This document shows positions 26,317-38,929 of a stretch of DNA of 64,000 nt, one piece after another. Origin of the DNA: Camelus ferus (Eukaryota); contig NC_045705.1 in assembly GCF_009834535.1 (NCBI RefSeq), positions 27,714,001-27,778,000 of the forward strand, written 5' to 3'. Position numbers and translations under genes: made by a program. The notes beneath the pieces are model-generated. The model saw only the letters and a list, made by a program, of their open reading frames with translations, did no database searches and was not told the DNA's origin. Each line of letters starts with the position of its first letter. Position 1 is the first letter of the stretch.

Positions 26317-28090
26317 AAAAATTAGGCAATATGACTTTCTATTGTTAGCCTAGATAATTATGTAAATCTCACCAGAGTGCTAATAATATACTAGACTGTT
26401 TTTAACTGTCAGCCTAAGAAAATTAATAGTAACAGTTCTAATGTTAAAGCAGTGTAGTTTTTACCTGATCATTTTATTTTATTTTTTATTTTTTACTTGA
26501 TCATTTTGATTCTGCCTACTTTCAAGAAATACCCTAACATAAACTTCTTATTCTTCTTTTAATTGCCCCAGTTTCCTGAGTTGGAGGGCAAGACATTCTT
26601 AGAACACACAGGCTTGCTTCAAGAGGGTGTCTGGGTTTGAGGTCATACAGGAGGACTAATTTTAGCTTCAGGATCCTTTGCACGTGGTATCTTATAAATT
26701 ACCTGTAAAGCATTTTTAAATATTACAGACATTTTAAAAGATGAAACCAGTTAAATTTTTACAATGGGAAGAGGGTGGGATAGATGCAAAGGTTGGAGGA
26801 ACGAGTCAACTGTAGAAAACACAGCGAGAATCTTCCTGGTTCCAGTGTTAAAGGATTTGTCCTTTTGCTTTAGTCAACCTGTGTCAAGGGGAAAAATGCT
26901 TTCGAGGCAAAGTCACCAAAGCTAAAGGCAATGAATATTCGTTAGGAGTAACATATGTTTTCAGATTATCAGTATCATTGTCATGTTTCCTCTCTGCTTT
27001 TAATTGTCGTACTTGTTTATATCCCAATTAAGATAGTAAATTTTAGTCAGTTGGATGTAAAGAGTGGGTTGTTGTCATTTCTGTTTTATTTTAATGCTTT
27101 TATGCCCCGTACTTACCTGCACGTACTAGATGGTGAAGACTGAAGTGGAGGAAAATCAGTGACTTCTTTCCTCTCAGGAGAATCTGGAGAAAGAGACTAC
27201 TGTTGCTCATGGCTTCTTTCCTGTTAGCCTCCAGGGCCCCACACCTTCTGTCTCTATCAAATCATACTTCTCATTGCCTCCCAGACACAAATAAGAGTCC
27301 TGGTCCCGTTGCTTTGCTCAACACACTATTCCTCCCTGCCTAAAATGCCACCTTCTCTACTCTTTCTGCTAAAGAGGTCCCCCCTGTTGACTAGGGGAAA
27401 GCCAAGAAGCATTGTAGTAAAATGGAACTGATCCATATCCCCAGTCTACCACTTACTTACTGTTTGACCTTAGGCAAGTTATTTAATTTCACTGAGACTC
27501 AGTTTCCTTATCTATAAAATTAATAATATTTCACAGGGTGTTTTTGAGGGGTAAGTGAAAGAAAAACTACAGAAGTACTCAAGAAATATTGGTTCCCTTC
27601 CTTGTAGTCCCTCCTTTTTAAGTTCTCTGTTTTCAAGTCCTATGTATTCTTCACAATTCAGATTCTACCTACTCAAAGCTTATTCTCTGAAGCACTTATT
27701 TGGCGCAGTAGGCTACCTCATTATCATTTGTTGTCGTGTATTTACTGTCTCCCCAAGTTGCTTGTAAGTTTCTTGAGCGCTAAAGCTCTCTTGAAACAGA
27801 ACCTTCAGTTTCTGACGTAGCCTTGTGGAAAACGGTAGCCTCAGATGTGTGATAGTGCAGAACTGGAAGATGGGAAGTGACTCCCTAAGCATAGTCTCCT
27901 TTCTCTAAACTGGTAAGTTGGGAAAGGTTTTGAGTCCATTACGTTTTCTTGGCACAATAAGAGAATTGGCCTGATAAGTGCTTTCCTAAATTATGGAATC
28001 TGAAAGGGAGTCATCAGATCCAGAAAGAGACTTTTTGTGCTTCCATTGCTGCAAAGATAGCTTGATTGGGTACATATGTCTCTTTGAGAC

Positions 28091-28325
28091 AACATTTTCT
28101 TAAGGAGAAAAAAAAAACTTTTACAGCATGTTTGAGTGTTGTGATAAAGGAGAAAAGTTACCTACATACTCTCACCCAAAGAATTGTTCTATAATAGGAA
28201 TGTAGGCTTCCACAAACCATGCATCTTCAGCAGCAGTGCGCGTGGAACAGAAGAGAGGAAGAGGAAACCTGTTCAGCTAGCCAGATCCCTGCCACAGCAG
28301 ATACAACAGCCTAGTAACACATTCC
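28091..28325 (-). pseudogene. Highly decayed 7SK snRNA retrocopy, antisense to TTC17
   Basis: Hand alignment to the reverse complement of 7SK as recalled: 28125-28190 ungapped 39/66 identical with 19 of 27 mismatches being transitions; 28238-28287 about 70% incl. AGCCAGATC; CAGAT....CAGCC and ACATtCC recapitulate the 7SK 5' end. Confidence 0.75.
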
Positions 28326-29075
28326 CCTGCCCGGAGAGTGACCATCAGGTGGGGCTGGATAGTGGCTCTTTATCCCTATTAACATGCAGTCCCGTAGTCA
28401 GGTCAAAGCTCCTTGACTCCTGGGCAGAACTGGAGTAAGAGGTCATGCTTACTATACACACATACCAGAAATTATCAGAGTGCTATGTTTACATTCAAGA
28501 TTTGACATTTTATACTTAGTTAAATCTTTATTACATGATCAGAATTTGTTTTCCAAAAGAAAAACAGGTACTTTTGTGATCTGACAGTCTTAAATGTGGA
28601 TTCTCTGCCACCACCAAATCCCCCTCTAAGTCCTTGGTTTTTAATTTATAATCCTTTACCTTTTGGTATATCTTTCATTTTAAGCTATGATGCAAGAATG
28701 GTATGTTTCTCTGCTATAATTCATCTATCTACAGACTTACTCAGGTACTAATCTGTCATTTCTCACCTTCTAAAGGCGAATAGGAGGAAAACGACTTATT
28801 TATGATTTTTTTACTTGCAGAGAAGTGTTTCACGATCATTTATTATGAAGAGAATGAGATCTCCCTGCAAATACTTGGTTCTTAAAATAGCCTAGCAGGT
28901 GAAACTGGAACTTCAGTGCAAAGTCTTAAATCACAGTAGTGATCTAGCTTTGGGCACTCCAGCTCACTGATTTTTGTATGTTCTGCTGGAGAAAAACAGA
29001 CACAGTCACCTTTTGGCCCTTGATACTTGGGGACCTTGAGCTATGGGATAACACGGGAGAGATGTTTCTAATGTG

Positions 29076-29207
29076 NNNNNNNNNNNNNNNNNNNNNNNNN
29101 NNNNNNNNNNNNNNNNNNNNNNNNNNNNNNNNNNNNNNNNNNNNNNNNNNNNNNNNNNNNNNNNNNNNNNNNNNNNNNNNNNNNNNNNNNNNNNNNNNNN
29201 NNNNNNN
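29076..29207. other. Assembly gap (132 N) covering the cassette-exon acceptor
   Basis: Run of N. Confidence 0.99.
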
Positions 29208-29272
29208 AGAGGAGGACCCTGTGCTCTCTGTTGAGAATTCAGGGAGGGACTCAGATGTCCTTAGACTTGAAA
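29102..29272 (+). CDS. TTC17: TTC17 cassette exon ending ...EEDPVLSVENSGRDSDVLRLE(S); 5' part in N gap, start predicted
   Basis: Visible 29208-29272 translates to a segment I recall from the longer TTC17 isoform. Donor GAAA|gtaagt, phase 1. Start inferred from a recalled 57-aa insert; branch-like ttCTAAT at 29068-29072 lies about 30 nt upstream of it. Confidence 0.8.
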
Positions 29273-29699
29273 GTAAGTTGATTTGACCTGAGCTGTGCTT
29301 CTGGGGTAAAATCAACTCTTAAGCTTTGAGCTTAGGCTTGTCTCTGCTCTTAAGTGTTTGTCTCCTTCTAACAGTCACTTATTTTATTGTAGAACCATGA
29401 TGATGATCCTCAGATTGTGAGTCAGACGACGAGCTATAACATGAAAGTGCTCTCCGCACTTCTTTCTTTTTTCTCCAGCTCAGCATCTTCTTTTGCTAGA
29501 ACAAATTTGATTCACGTACCAGTCTGTCTCCTGAATGTCATTATTAAGTCATTGGGGGAAAAAAGCAAGTTGTATTTACACTAACCCAATAAAATTTAAA
29601 GATTTGGAATAATAGGCATACCTACCAGGCTCTTTCCTAAAATTCCATTTATGGCTACATTTTGAACTATGCTATGCTGAACAGTTACGATTATCAGTT

Positions 29700-30990
29700 T
29701 GTAATTGCCACAATGAATGCCTTCTCTTTAGGACTCATCCTACTTCACTGCCTTTGGAACTGTGTACAGCTCGCTCTTGAAACTTTCTTCTTCTCCTCTT
29801 GGCTTCTGTGACATCACTTGCTCTTGGTTCTCTTCCTGTCCTCAGTGAATTTCATTCACTTATTCCTTACTTTGCCCCTTATTGTTTTTTACCCAGGATC
29901 TTAACCTCAGTCTTTTTTTTCTTATTCCTCCATGTGTTATCTCTTGGTGTTTCTGATACTTTGGTGTATACCAATGACTCTAAATCTGTATTTTCAGCAA
30001 GACATTCTCTGTGACTCCAGATCTTATTTCTACTTGTTTAGTGTCTCTTTATCTGGATGTGCCACAGGCACTTCAAATTTAACATATCCAAAATTGAACT
30101 TGTCCTCACTTTGCCCTATTTCCAGAACTGCTTCTAATTCCTATATTCCTGCTCCCTATTAACAGCAAAACTCTGCCAGTCGTCACTATATTCAGTCATC
30201 CTAAGGCCTGTTAAATCTGTCATCTCTTCCTCTGTTCCCTCTGACACTGCCTAAATTCAGACTTTCTTTATTTCTTCCTGGGCTGTTGCAGTAGCGTCAT
30301 GATCAGCTTTCCTGTATCTAGTCCTTTACTTCAGTCTGTGTATGGAGGGAGGGTGGTGGAAGGAGGTGTGTGTGTGTAGGAGAGAGAGAAAGATAATGCA
30401 TATAAATTAGTGTACAATTTAAAAAGCAGAAGCAACCCCTGTTACCAGTTTCTTGTGTGTCCAAAGAGTTGATTCTAAAATCAGATCTGATCTGGTAAGT
30501 TGCCTATAGGTTTAAAATTTTCAGTAGCTCCCTGTTACCTATAGAAGAGTCCAAATGTCTTAATGTAGGATGTGAGGAGGTTTGGCTTCTGATTCTGTCT
30601 CTGACTGTACCATCTGCTAGTCTCTACACAGCAGGATGTACAAACCTTTCACTATTTCCCTCACGTGCCATGCTGCTCTGAGCCTGCATGTCTTTACCCA
30701 GGCTGGAGATGGCCCCTGCGTACTCTTCACTTTATCAGACAACTCCTGTGCATCTCCAAGATCCAGCTCAAATGTCATCTCCTCGTTCACAAAGGTCTCC
30801 AAGTGTTTAGTTGCTCCATTTGCTGTCTTGTTCCTACTTTTTGTCAAGGCACATTTTATACAGTATGAATTCCTTGTGTGTCTTACATCATATCAGACTG
30901 TGAATTTCTTATATATTGTGTTCCATATAAAACTTTCTATTCCTGTGTACAGTAAATATTTATTAAGTAATGAAATGCCCTCCTGTTAAG
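29700..30990 (+). mobile_element. L2a fragment
   Basis: atgactctaaatctgtattttcag...tctggatgtgccacaggcacttcaaatttaacatatccaaaattgaac and tail acagtaaatatttattaagtaatg. Confidence 0.75.
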
Positions 30991-32536
30991 ATTGGATTAA
31001 CATATTTAACAGTTACAAAATCTTGTGTTTCCTTCTAAGTATTATTGTATCTAAAAAACAAGATCTGAAAGAAGCAAGCTAGAATCAAAGGGGAAGTTGT
31101 GACCTTTACCTTTGCAAGTTTAGAAAATTAGTTTCATAGTTCTAGCAGAAATCAATGGGCTTTAAGGAAATTAATTTCCCATTTATCAACTCAAAAGAGA
31201 TTGATTTTTCATATAGGTGGTCAGTTGTTCATTCATAATGGAGTTACTCCTCTGTGGTGCCTGGCAGCTTCTTGTCGCTTTCTGGCGTCAGGTACCCACA
31301 CAACCAAATGGACATCATGAGGTTGTTTCATGAACTTAGAATCAACACATGAAACTGACTAATGTTAAGGGGTATTTTTTTTTTCAGTTTATAAAAACTG
31401 TCCCTATTCTAACACAACTACTTAATGCCCTAAATTTAACAACTAGTAGGTGATGGAGCCAGGCCATGATAACAATCTCTCTGACTCAATATCTCAGAAT
31501 ACTCATGACTACCCAATTAAAGTCTTTTCCTGGGACAATTCATAATAAAACCCAACCAAAATCTTATTCTTTATCTCTTCACTTTCTGAATACATCATTG
31601 CTTGAGACAGATTATTACCTAGTATTTAAATTAAATTTCTTCAGTTCCCTGTTTCCCATGTAGTTACATTCCATCTCCATACTGGGATACAGTACCATTG
31701 CCCTGGCTGGGAGTAGGTGTTTGTCGGATCCCTTCAGCATCATGCAGACTCCCTTAGGGTGGATTCCTTTTCACGTTGCTAATTTAATTATAGTGTGATG
31801 GTGGCTCTTACTAGTTTTACTCTCAGGTACTAACTTTTCTTTACCATATGTCTATGTTCTGGGAGTACCATCTTCTTTCCTCTAGACACTGACAGCAAGA
31901 CCACAGGGACTACAGTCGTGGTATAGGTTAGCATGTTTATACCAGCAGGCTTCCTGTAGTGTGGTTATGAGTCAGAAAAACTCTTATTATTCTAACAAAA
32001 ATAGTACATTATAATAAAAGTCAAGTATAGACATTAAAGAATTTTTGAAAACTATTTTTGAAGGAAAATTTAAAGAAAGTTATATCCTCTTTAGTAATCA
32101 TAAACTGTTATGATAATCACTGCCTTTTGTGGTGCTTTATAGTTTACAAGGTGCTATGAATTACGTATTAACCTTGTGAAATAGATTTTATTATTAAGCC
32201 CTATCTTATAGATGAGAAAATTGAGAAGTTAGGTCCCTTGCCTAACACCTGCAGTAGGTGGTATATAACTAAAACTCATCCCCAGGTCTTCTGATTTCGT
32301 ACGTTGTCATTTGCCTGTGGTTCTCAGAAATAGGGGCTTGATAGATTAAAACTTTATTTTTTAATTGGTAAGGTCGTTTTTAAAGAAAACTAGCATCTGC
32401 TATTACTATTATTTTATAAAACAACATTTTAATGCCAAAAAAGTACAAAGGCAATCTTAGAGTAAAGGTCTATCTTTCTCAAAAATGGACAGTTGGCATC
32501 TTTACCAACAGTACCAACAAATGTGTATCTGGACCT

Positions 32537-32538
<2 letters not shown>

Positions 32539-32588
<50 letters not shown>
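32539..32588. repeat. (GT)25 microsatellite
   Basis: Perfect run counted directly. Confidence 0.98.
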
Positions 32589-32590
<2 letters not shown>

Positions 32591-33420
32591 TATAACTTTA
32601 GATACGTGGCCTTTTTTTGTTTCTCATTTTGGCGAGGATTGGTGGAAATCGCGTCACTGATTAACATTTCAAAAACCACTACTTTAATACTTCATCATCT
32701 AGTCCAGAATTCCTCCCTGAGAAAATTTAGCTGTTGAAGAAAGAGCATCGGTTTTGTAGTCAGAGATATTGTTGTCATGTCCTGGCTCCACCATCTACTT
32801 GTTAAGTTTTGGGCAAATTACTTAATCTTGTTGAGCCTTCCTTACCTCATTAATTTAAATTTTTTTTTAAAAAACGACATAAAAATCCTCAGCGTGTTCT
32901 TGAGTATTTAAATGCAATAACTTAGGGAAACATGTATTTTAGTGCCTGATACACAAATGGAGTTCAGTAAATGTTCACTTATACAAACACAAGCTTGACT
33001 CTACCGTTGCGAGACTGAGAGGATGCTGGTGAGCCAAAGTCCCCACAAGTGCATCCATACAGTATCTGCTCAGTAAATGTCAGTGAAGGGGGCCCTGACG
33101 TATTTGCACAAGAGTTATTACAGGAACAATTCCCTATTTACTTTGTATGTTATCTTCTTGGAATTCTTTGTTTTCTCTTCCTATCCTGACCCGGCTAGAA
33201 GAAGGAAGAGCACCATTGGTGCAAGTGAAAACTCAAAACTCAATGATTGTTGTTTTCTTCTCAGAAGTGAATCATTTCTGTACCCACCTTAGTCTGAGTG
33301 ATTTAATCTAAGCCTTTTTTGCTTTCTGATTACTGCCTTGAAATTTTTTGCCATTGTTTATGCATTAAAAAGCTTAAGTCCAAAGCTTTATATTCTGACT
33401 TCAAAAAAGATACCACTGCC

Positions 33421-33805
33421 TTCTTTTAAATTGAAGCATAGTTGCTGTAGAGTATGTTACAAGTATACAGTATAGTGGTTCACAATTTTTAAAAATTATA
33501 CTCCATTTATAATTATTGTAAAATATTGGCTATATTCCCCGTGTTGTACAATATATTCTTGGAGCTCATTTTATACATATTATTTTGTACCTCTTAATCC
33601 CCTTCCTTGTCTTGCCCCTGCCCCCTTCCCTTTCCCCACTGGTAACCACTGTTTTGTTCTTACATCTGTGAGTCTGATTCTTTTTTGTTATATTTACTAG
33701 TTTGTTGTATTTTTTAGATTCCACACGAGTGATACCATACAGTGTCTTTTTCTGAGTTATTTCATTTAACGTAATGCCCTCCAAGTCCATCCATGTTGCT
33801 GCAAA
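33421..33805 (-). mobile_element. Cetartiodactyl-type L1 3' end (5'-truncated)
   Basis: Minus ORF 33566-33838 contains FAATWMDLEGITLNEI (ORF2 end); 3' UTR with ccccactggtaaccact and aaaatattggctatattcccc. Confidence 0.9.
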
Positions 33806-34139
33806 GAAGACACTAGAACTCAAGACAGAATTGCCCAAGGTCCTATGGTGGTGGGGTCCTAATTTGCAACCAAATTAATTTAATTCCATTGTATACTATT
33901 TTTTGATACAAAGAGACATATTCTTAAAGGTAGAATGTGCCTTCTTGCCTTCAGAAACCACAGTCTAATAGTAAAACCTGTTGATATTAATCATATAAGA
34001 ATTTCTGGAGGAGAGTACAGACTTTGAAGAAAGGACTTTGTCTTGCTGCTCATCTCTTTGAATGTGTGACCTTTACCTCTTTGTTGTCGATCTATTTAGT
34101 TTTCAATGTAGCATTTATCTTTCCAGCCTCTGCTCCCTA

Positions 34140-36330
34140 AAACTCTTTTTGAAACCTCTCCTCCAAGATTATTAATATTGCATCTTATCAAACGCAGTCA
34201 TCTTCTTTTAATCACCTTTTAATGTTCCTCTCCCCCTTCAGTCGTGTTCCCAACATTGTCTGGCTTCTGCTTCTGCTCCAAGCTTGAGTAGCCCAGGCTC
34301 TCCCTGGGTAGCCCATTCCATTTTCTGACCATTCATAAGTCTTCCCTAATACTGAGTTAAAATATGACTTCTCATTCCTAGTCCCACCCTCTGAGGCTAA
34401 CAAAGTCTTGTCTCTCATTAATGTCACATTTTCTTAGAGATTTGAAGATGATTATTGTTTCTGCCTAGCCACCCCTCCATGCTTTTGCTTCCTTTAGTGA
34501 AATGTCCTCATTTCCTTCAATAACTCCTATTAAGTCTCTAGCCCCTTCACCATCCTTGAAGTATTACAAAAATCTTTCTAGCAAAATATTACTCAAGTCT
34601 TGATTTGTGTGTGTGTGTGTGTTTGTGTGTGCATGCGCAGTTTATCAGCTACTCTTCCTGCTATGGAATCACCCTTAATTTCTTCAGCCTTTCTTCACTT
34701 AACATGGTTTTGAGTACTTTGACCAAGTCCTTTTCTATGAACATGCTTCACTTTGAAAATCTCTTAAACTGAGGTCTCCAGACCTACCCATGAATTTCCA
34801 GGTGCGCCTGGGACATTGCAAGGTTATAGTGGACTTTCTTTCCTTCCTTTTTTCCTTTCTTTTCTCTCTCTCTCTCTCTTTTTTTTTTTCTTTTTGTCTT
34901 TTTGTATCAGAACTGCATACGCTTCTCTCCACCTCTCAGCACTTCTTGTCCCTGCGATTCTTGCCAGATTACCTCCCAGGGCTCAGACTCCACTGTGAGT
35001 TTCCCAGTACTCTGAGATAGGATTCATCAGAGTGACAAAATATTAACTCATATAAGTCTCTTCACAATATTTATCCTTCTTTGTCCAGTGTGAAAATGGT
35101 ATATGTTGAAAAAGATAAATTAAGATATGGGTCTCAGTCTGTGTTTCCAGTATATCATACCATCTGCCCCACAAGCAGCAAGCCTAAAATTTACCTTTTC
35201 TTTTTTCTGCTTCAAGTATAATTTAAAACCTTCTGAGATCCCTCCATAGTCCAGACCTCTCTTCAAACCTGAATTCTGTATTTTCAGCTTCTTATTGGAC
35301 AGCATCTGAAGATACATTCCTCCGTCCATTCTAGCCTAGACCATAAGCTTGTTACAAGTTGTTATACTCTGAGCCCTCAGCATATTATAAGCACATAACA
35401 AGCGTTTAATGAATAAGCATCTGAAATCCCAACACTTTACCCTATTGTCCTCTCCTAATTCCATCGTCTTCGTAAATAGCATTATCGTTTCATATTCACA
35501 GATTCTAAAATTTCACATAGTGGAAAGCTCACTATTTCACATCAGGCTTTAAAATCTTGAAATCATCTTTGGATTTATTCTATTTGCCATTATATCCATT
35601 TAGTTACCAAATGCTATTAATTTTTCTTCATTGAAATTTCCTTATATACCTCTTTTCCCTCCCTTTTTAAAATTCCCCTTTCCTGCTAATCTGTCAGCTT
35701 CTCTTTATATAATTCTGATAGAGATTTTTGAAATACCTTTCTAATTAGTCTCTTTGTCCTCTGTCTTCCTTGTTTCCTGCATGCCCCCACCCCCAGTACA
35801 CCAACTGATTTACTGTTCTACCCTTTATAAATGTTATGACTCTCATCTTGTTACTCTTTTGCTTAACTAGAGGCTTCCTTTATAGTGAATCTTCCTCTTG
35901 ACTTTCTCAGAGATTCTCAGTGTCACCCACCTTCCCTCAGTATCTTATTTGCTGATACCCTCTGTATACAGTCTTTGTTCTAATTAATTTGAAATTAGTA
36001 GTGCCTTCACATATCCCATCTTTATGCTGTATCTGTGTGCATGTAGACGGGTATCTACATGCCTGCTTTTTTAGTCCCGTCATTCTGGGGGTTCCCTCCC
36101 TGGACCTCTAGTCTGTCTAAATCCTGCCTCAGGTAGTCTCCCTTCCTGTAAGAAGCATTTTGTGACTATATTCAATTATGTTTTTCCTTTAGGGAAAAAA
36201 AATTTAATGTAACTGTTCTCTCGTTGTTTAATGTATGTAGTTTTGTGTCTCCAACTTAGTTATCTTTAATTCCTCTGGAATTGCCACCTATATAGCATGT
36301 AGTGCAGAGCAGTCTCTAAATAAATAAAGA
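34140..36330 (+). mobile_element. Cluster of decayed L2 fragments
   Basis: Pyrimidine-rich L2 ORF2/3' motifs interspersed with CT/GT low-complexity; boundaries approximate. Confidence 0.55.
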
Positions 36331-38929
36331 TTGGTTTATTTTTCCTAACTCATAGCACATTTATGATTTCCCCATTCCTCACCTTTTTTTAGTGGTGTTC
36401 TTTGGGAATTAATATCACCCCAACCCCAGCAGCCTTTGAAGAGGCTGAATGGCTGCCAGCAGCAGAAGCCTGCAGCAAGTTCCATAAGTCTATCTTGATG
36501 GACTACTGATTTCCATCAATGAAAAACTCTTTCTCTAAGAACTTTTTAATAATGATATATATTACCATATGGTAAGGGCACAGGGCAGTATTAACCTTTG
36601 GGACCTGAGCTTGCAGAACTCTTTGCAACTAAACGACATGAATGCTTTCTAGATAGTAGTAGTTACTGAATGGAAATAAGGCTTCCATACACAGCATCCA
36701 TATGCAGCTCTAATTGCACACTGGGGAATTAGTTATCTGCAGCTCACCTTTGACCAAAAGCCACTTTCCTTTAAGCCCATGTTCTTGGCTATGGCCAAAT
36801 CTATCAACAAAAAACTTTCCTGTCTTAGGACCAAGTACAAGGAATCCCATGGTAGCCATGGGAGAAGGAAGGAGAGGAAGCTAAAATAACAGGAGTACTA
36901 CTTAGAGACGACTCTGTTGCTACAAGTCAGATGCCAGGCAATCCTAATTAAGTTGCTTTTTGAGATCTCTAAAGCAGTTCTTTCAGCTGCTTTCCTGGAT
37001 CAGCTACTGAGAAGTCTGTAAGTCACATGGTGTGCCGGGCACTGTGCTGCAGACATGGTGCCTGCCTTTCTGCTGCTTACCTTTCAGCTGGGTTGTCAAT
37101 ACTTGAACACATGACACTTTTTAGAATCTTAAAAAGTTTTGAATTGCCAGCAGGACAAGGCAAAGGCAGGAACAGCAGATCCTTAAGGACTTCGCAAAGC
37201 AAATTATTCCTGAGTTCCCATTAATTGATGCTACAACTATTTGTGCCTGCTGTGTGCCAGATGCAATGTTGGACATTTGGAATACAGTAGCAAACAAGAT
37301 AGAAACTGAAAATTAGAACTCTTTGTCAACCCTACATTTATAATACTGGTCACATAATTTTGGCAAGTAACCAACCATTTTTAATCTACATATCCTAAGG
37401 AAAAAGACTTTGTCAGATCCCTATTTGACTTTATGCTTGTTTCAGAACATGAATGATAATAATAAATAATAGAAACCAGTAGATGGGTTCAGAAAACCTA
37501 AAAGAAACTTACTCAAAAGGACAGCAGTACATTTTGTAGTCACTTGTTAACAAGCAGAAGAGCCTTATAGCTTTTTCAAGAAAGAATGACAGATTTCTAG
37601 TGGTACTCCCAGCCTGGCAACAGACCTTCCCACTTTCTGTAATAGAAAGTGGGATGAGAAATAGAAATGCCACCAGAGAGCTAAGGGTGACACTGCAGAC
37701 CTTCTGTGAGTGGGGCTCAAAGCTTTAAGCTGTTTTTAGCCATGGCAATCAGCCATATTTCTTACCCCAAACCTTCTCAGGAACTAAAACTGCATTTCTG
37801 AGATGGGTTACTCACTATGGCTATCGGCCTGGTGATATGGATACGAGATTCCTGACCTTGGGCTCATTCATGCCATGTTCTAAATCACTGAACAAGCTAG
37901 AACAACCAATTTAAGATTATTGGGATAACTGGGATAATATGGGCTGGCATTTTGTGAACAATCAACCCCAAGCTCTGAGGTTGTCCAGTGCGTATTACAA
38001 AAGGAGGCATTCCATTTTGTTAGCTGTTTTTGTACATTGTATACTTCCAAAAAGGACTGGAGATCACTTTCATGGAACACATCTTATAAGATTCAACCAT
38101 TAATTCAAAATAGCAAAAGTTAAATAGCAAAGAATTCTTTTTAAAAAAGGAAAGCATTCTCTTAAGAAACTCAGACTAATTTTGTCCTCAGCTTTTTAGT
38201 TAAGCACATAGGGGAATTTGTGGGACTGTGTAACCTTCAGTGTATAATAATGGAAACATACTGACTTCTCAGGAGAGAGAATTTTTACTAGGCCATTGCG
38301 CTGAAAAACATCCCGGGAGCCTTCACATAAGAAACATGAGCAACATAATAAGTATCCTGATTACCATTTTAGGAAAAAATTACACTAGTATATTGCTAGT
38401 TCTTATATCAGCCATTAGTGAAAATGGGGGCCTTCATGTGGAGTTAGGATAATTTTCCATTAAACAAATCATTGTTCAGTTAAGGCAGTTAGACTGTGTG
38501 GTCTGAACATCAGCTATGACGTTTCATATACTATTTGAATAGAGCTTGAAGAATCCTATAAATAAATAAATACCATAATAAACTTCATCTTTGCCGTCTA
38601 TATCCTATATCTAGAGTGAGTTGGTCTTTTTTTCCAAAAAATACACGTACGAAATAGCCACCGTCATGCTCACTAGTGACATAATCTATGACTACCTGCC
38701 ATCTAGCTGCTGTCATTGTTCTCAGCCAGGGTTTTTACAAAAGGTTGATGGCAAAGATGACATTTTATTATGAATTTTGAAGATGCTAAATGGCATTTTT
38801 ATGAAGGTGGGCTACAGAAGTGCCTCTAAGCAGAGCCAAAACTTTTCTCAGAAAGCAAAGTTGGAGTCACTTAAGTACTTCAGTGAGTTCTGTGTAATTT
38901 TTAATGACATGCTGGTGCTTGAATCTCAG

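Noticed and set aside
28184-28438. 84-aa ORF on the + strand
   Set aside because: Overlaps the decayed 7SK retrocopy; no protein resemblance or splice context.
32628-32640. 13-mer tttggcgaggatt identical to the start of exon 2535
   Set aside because: Tens of 13-mer matches are expected by chance in 64 kb; no flanking similarity.
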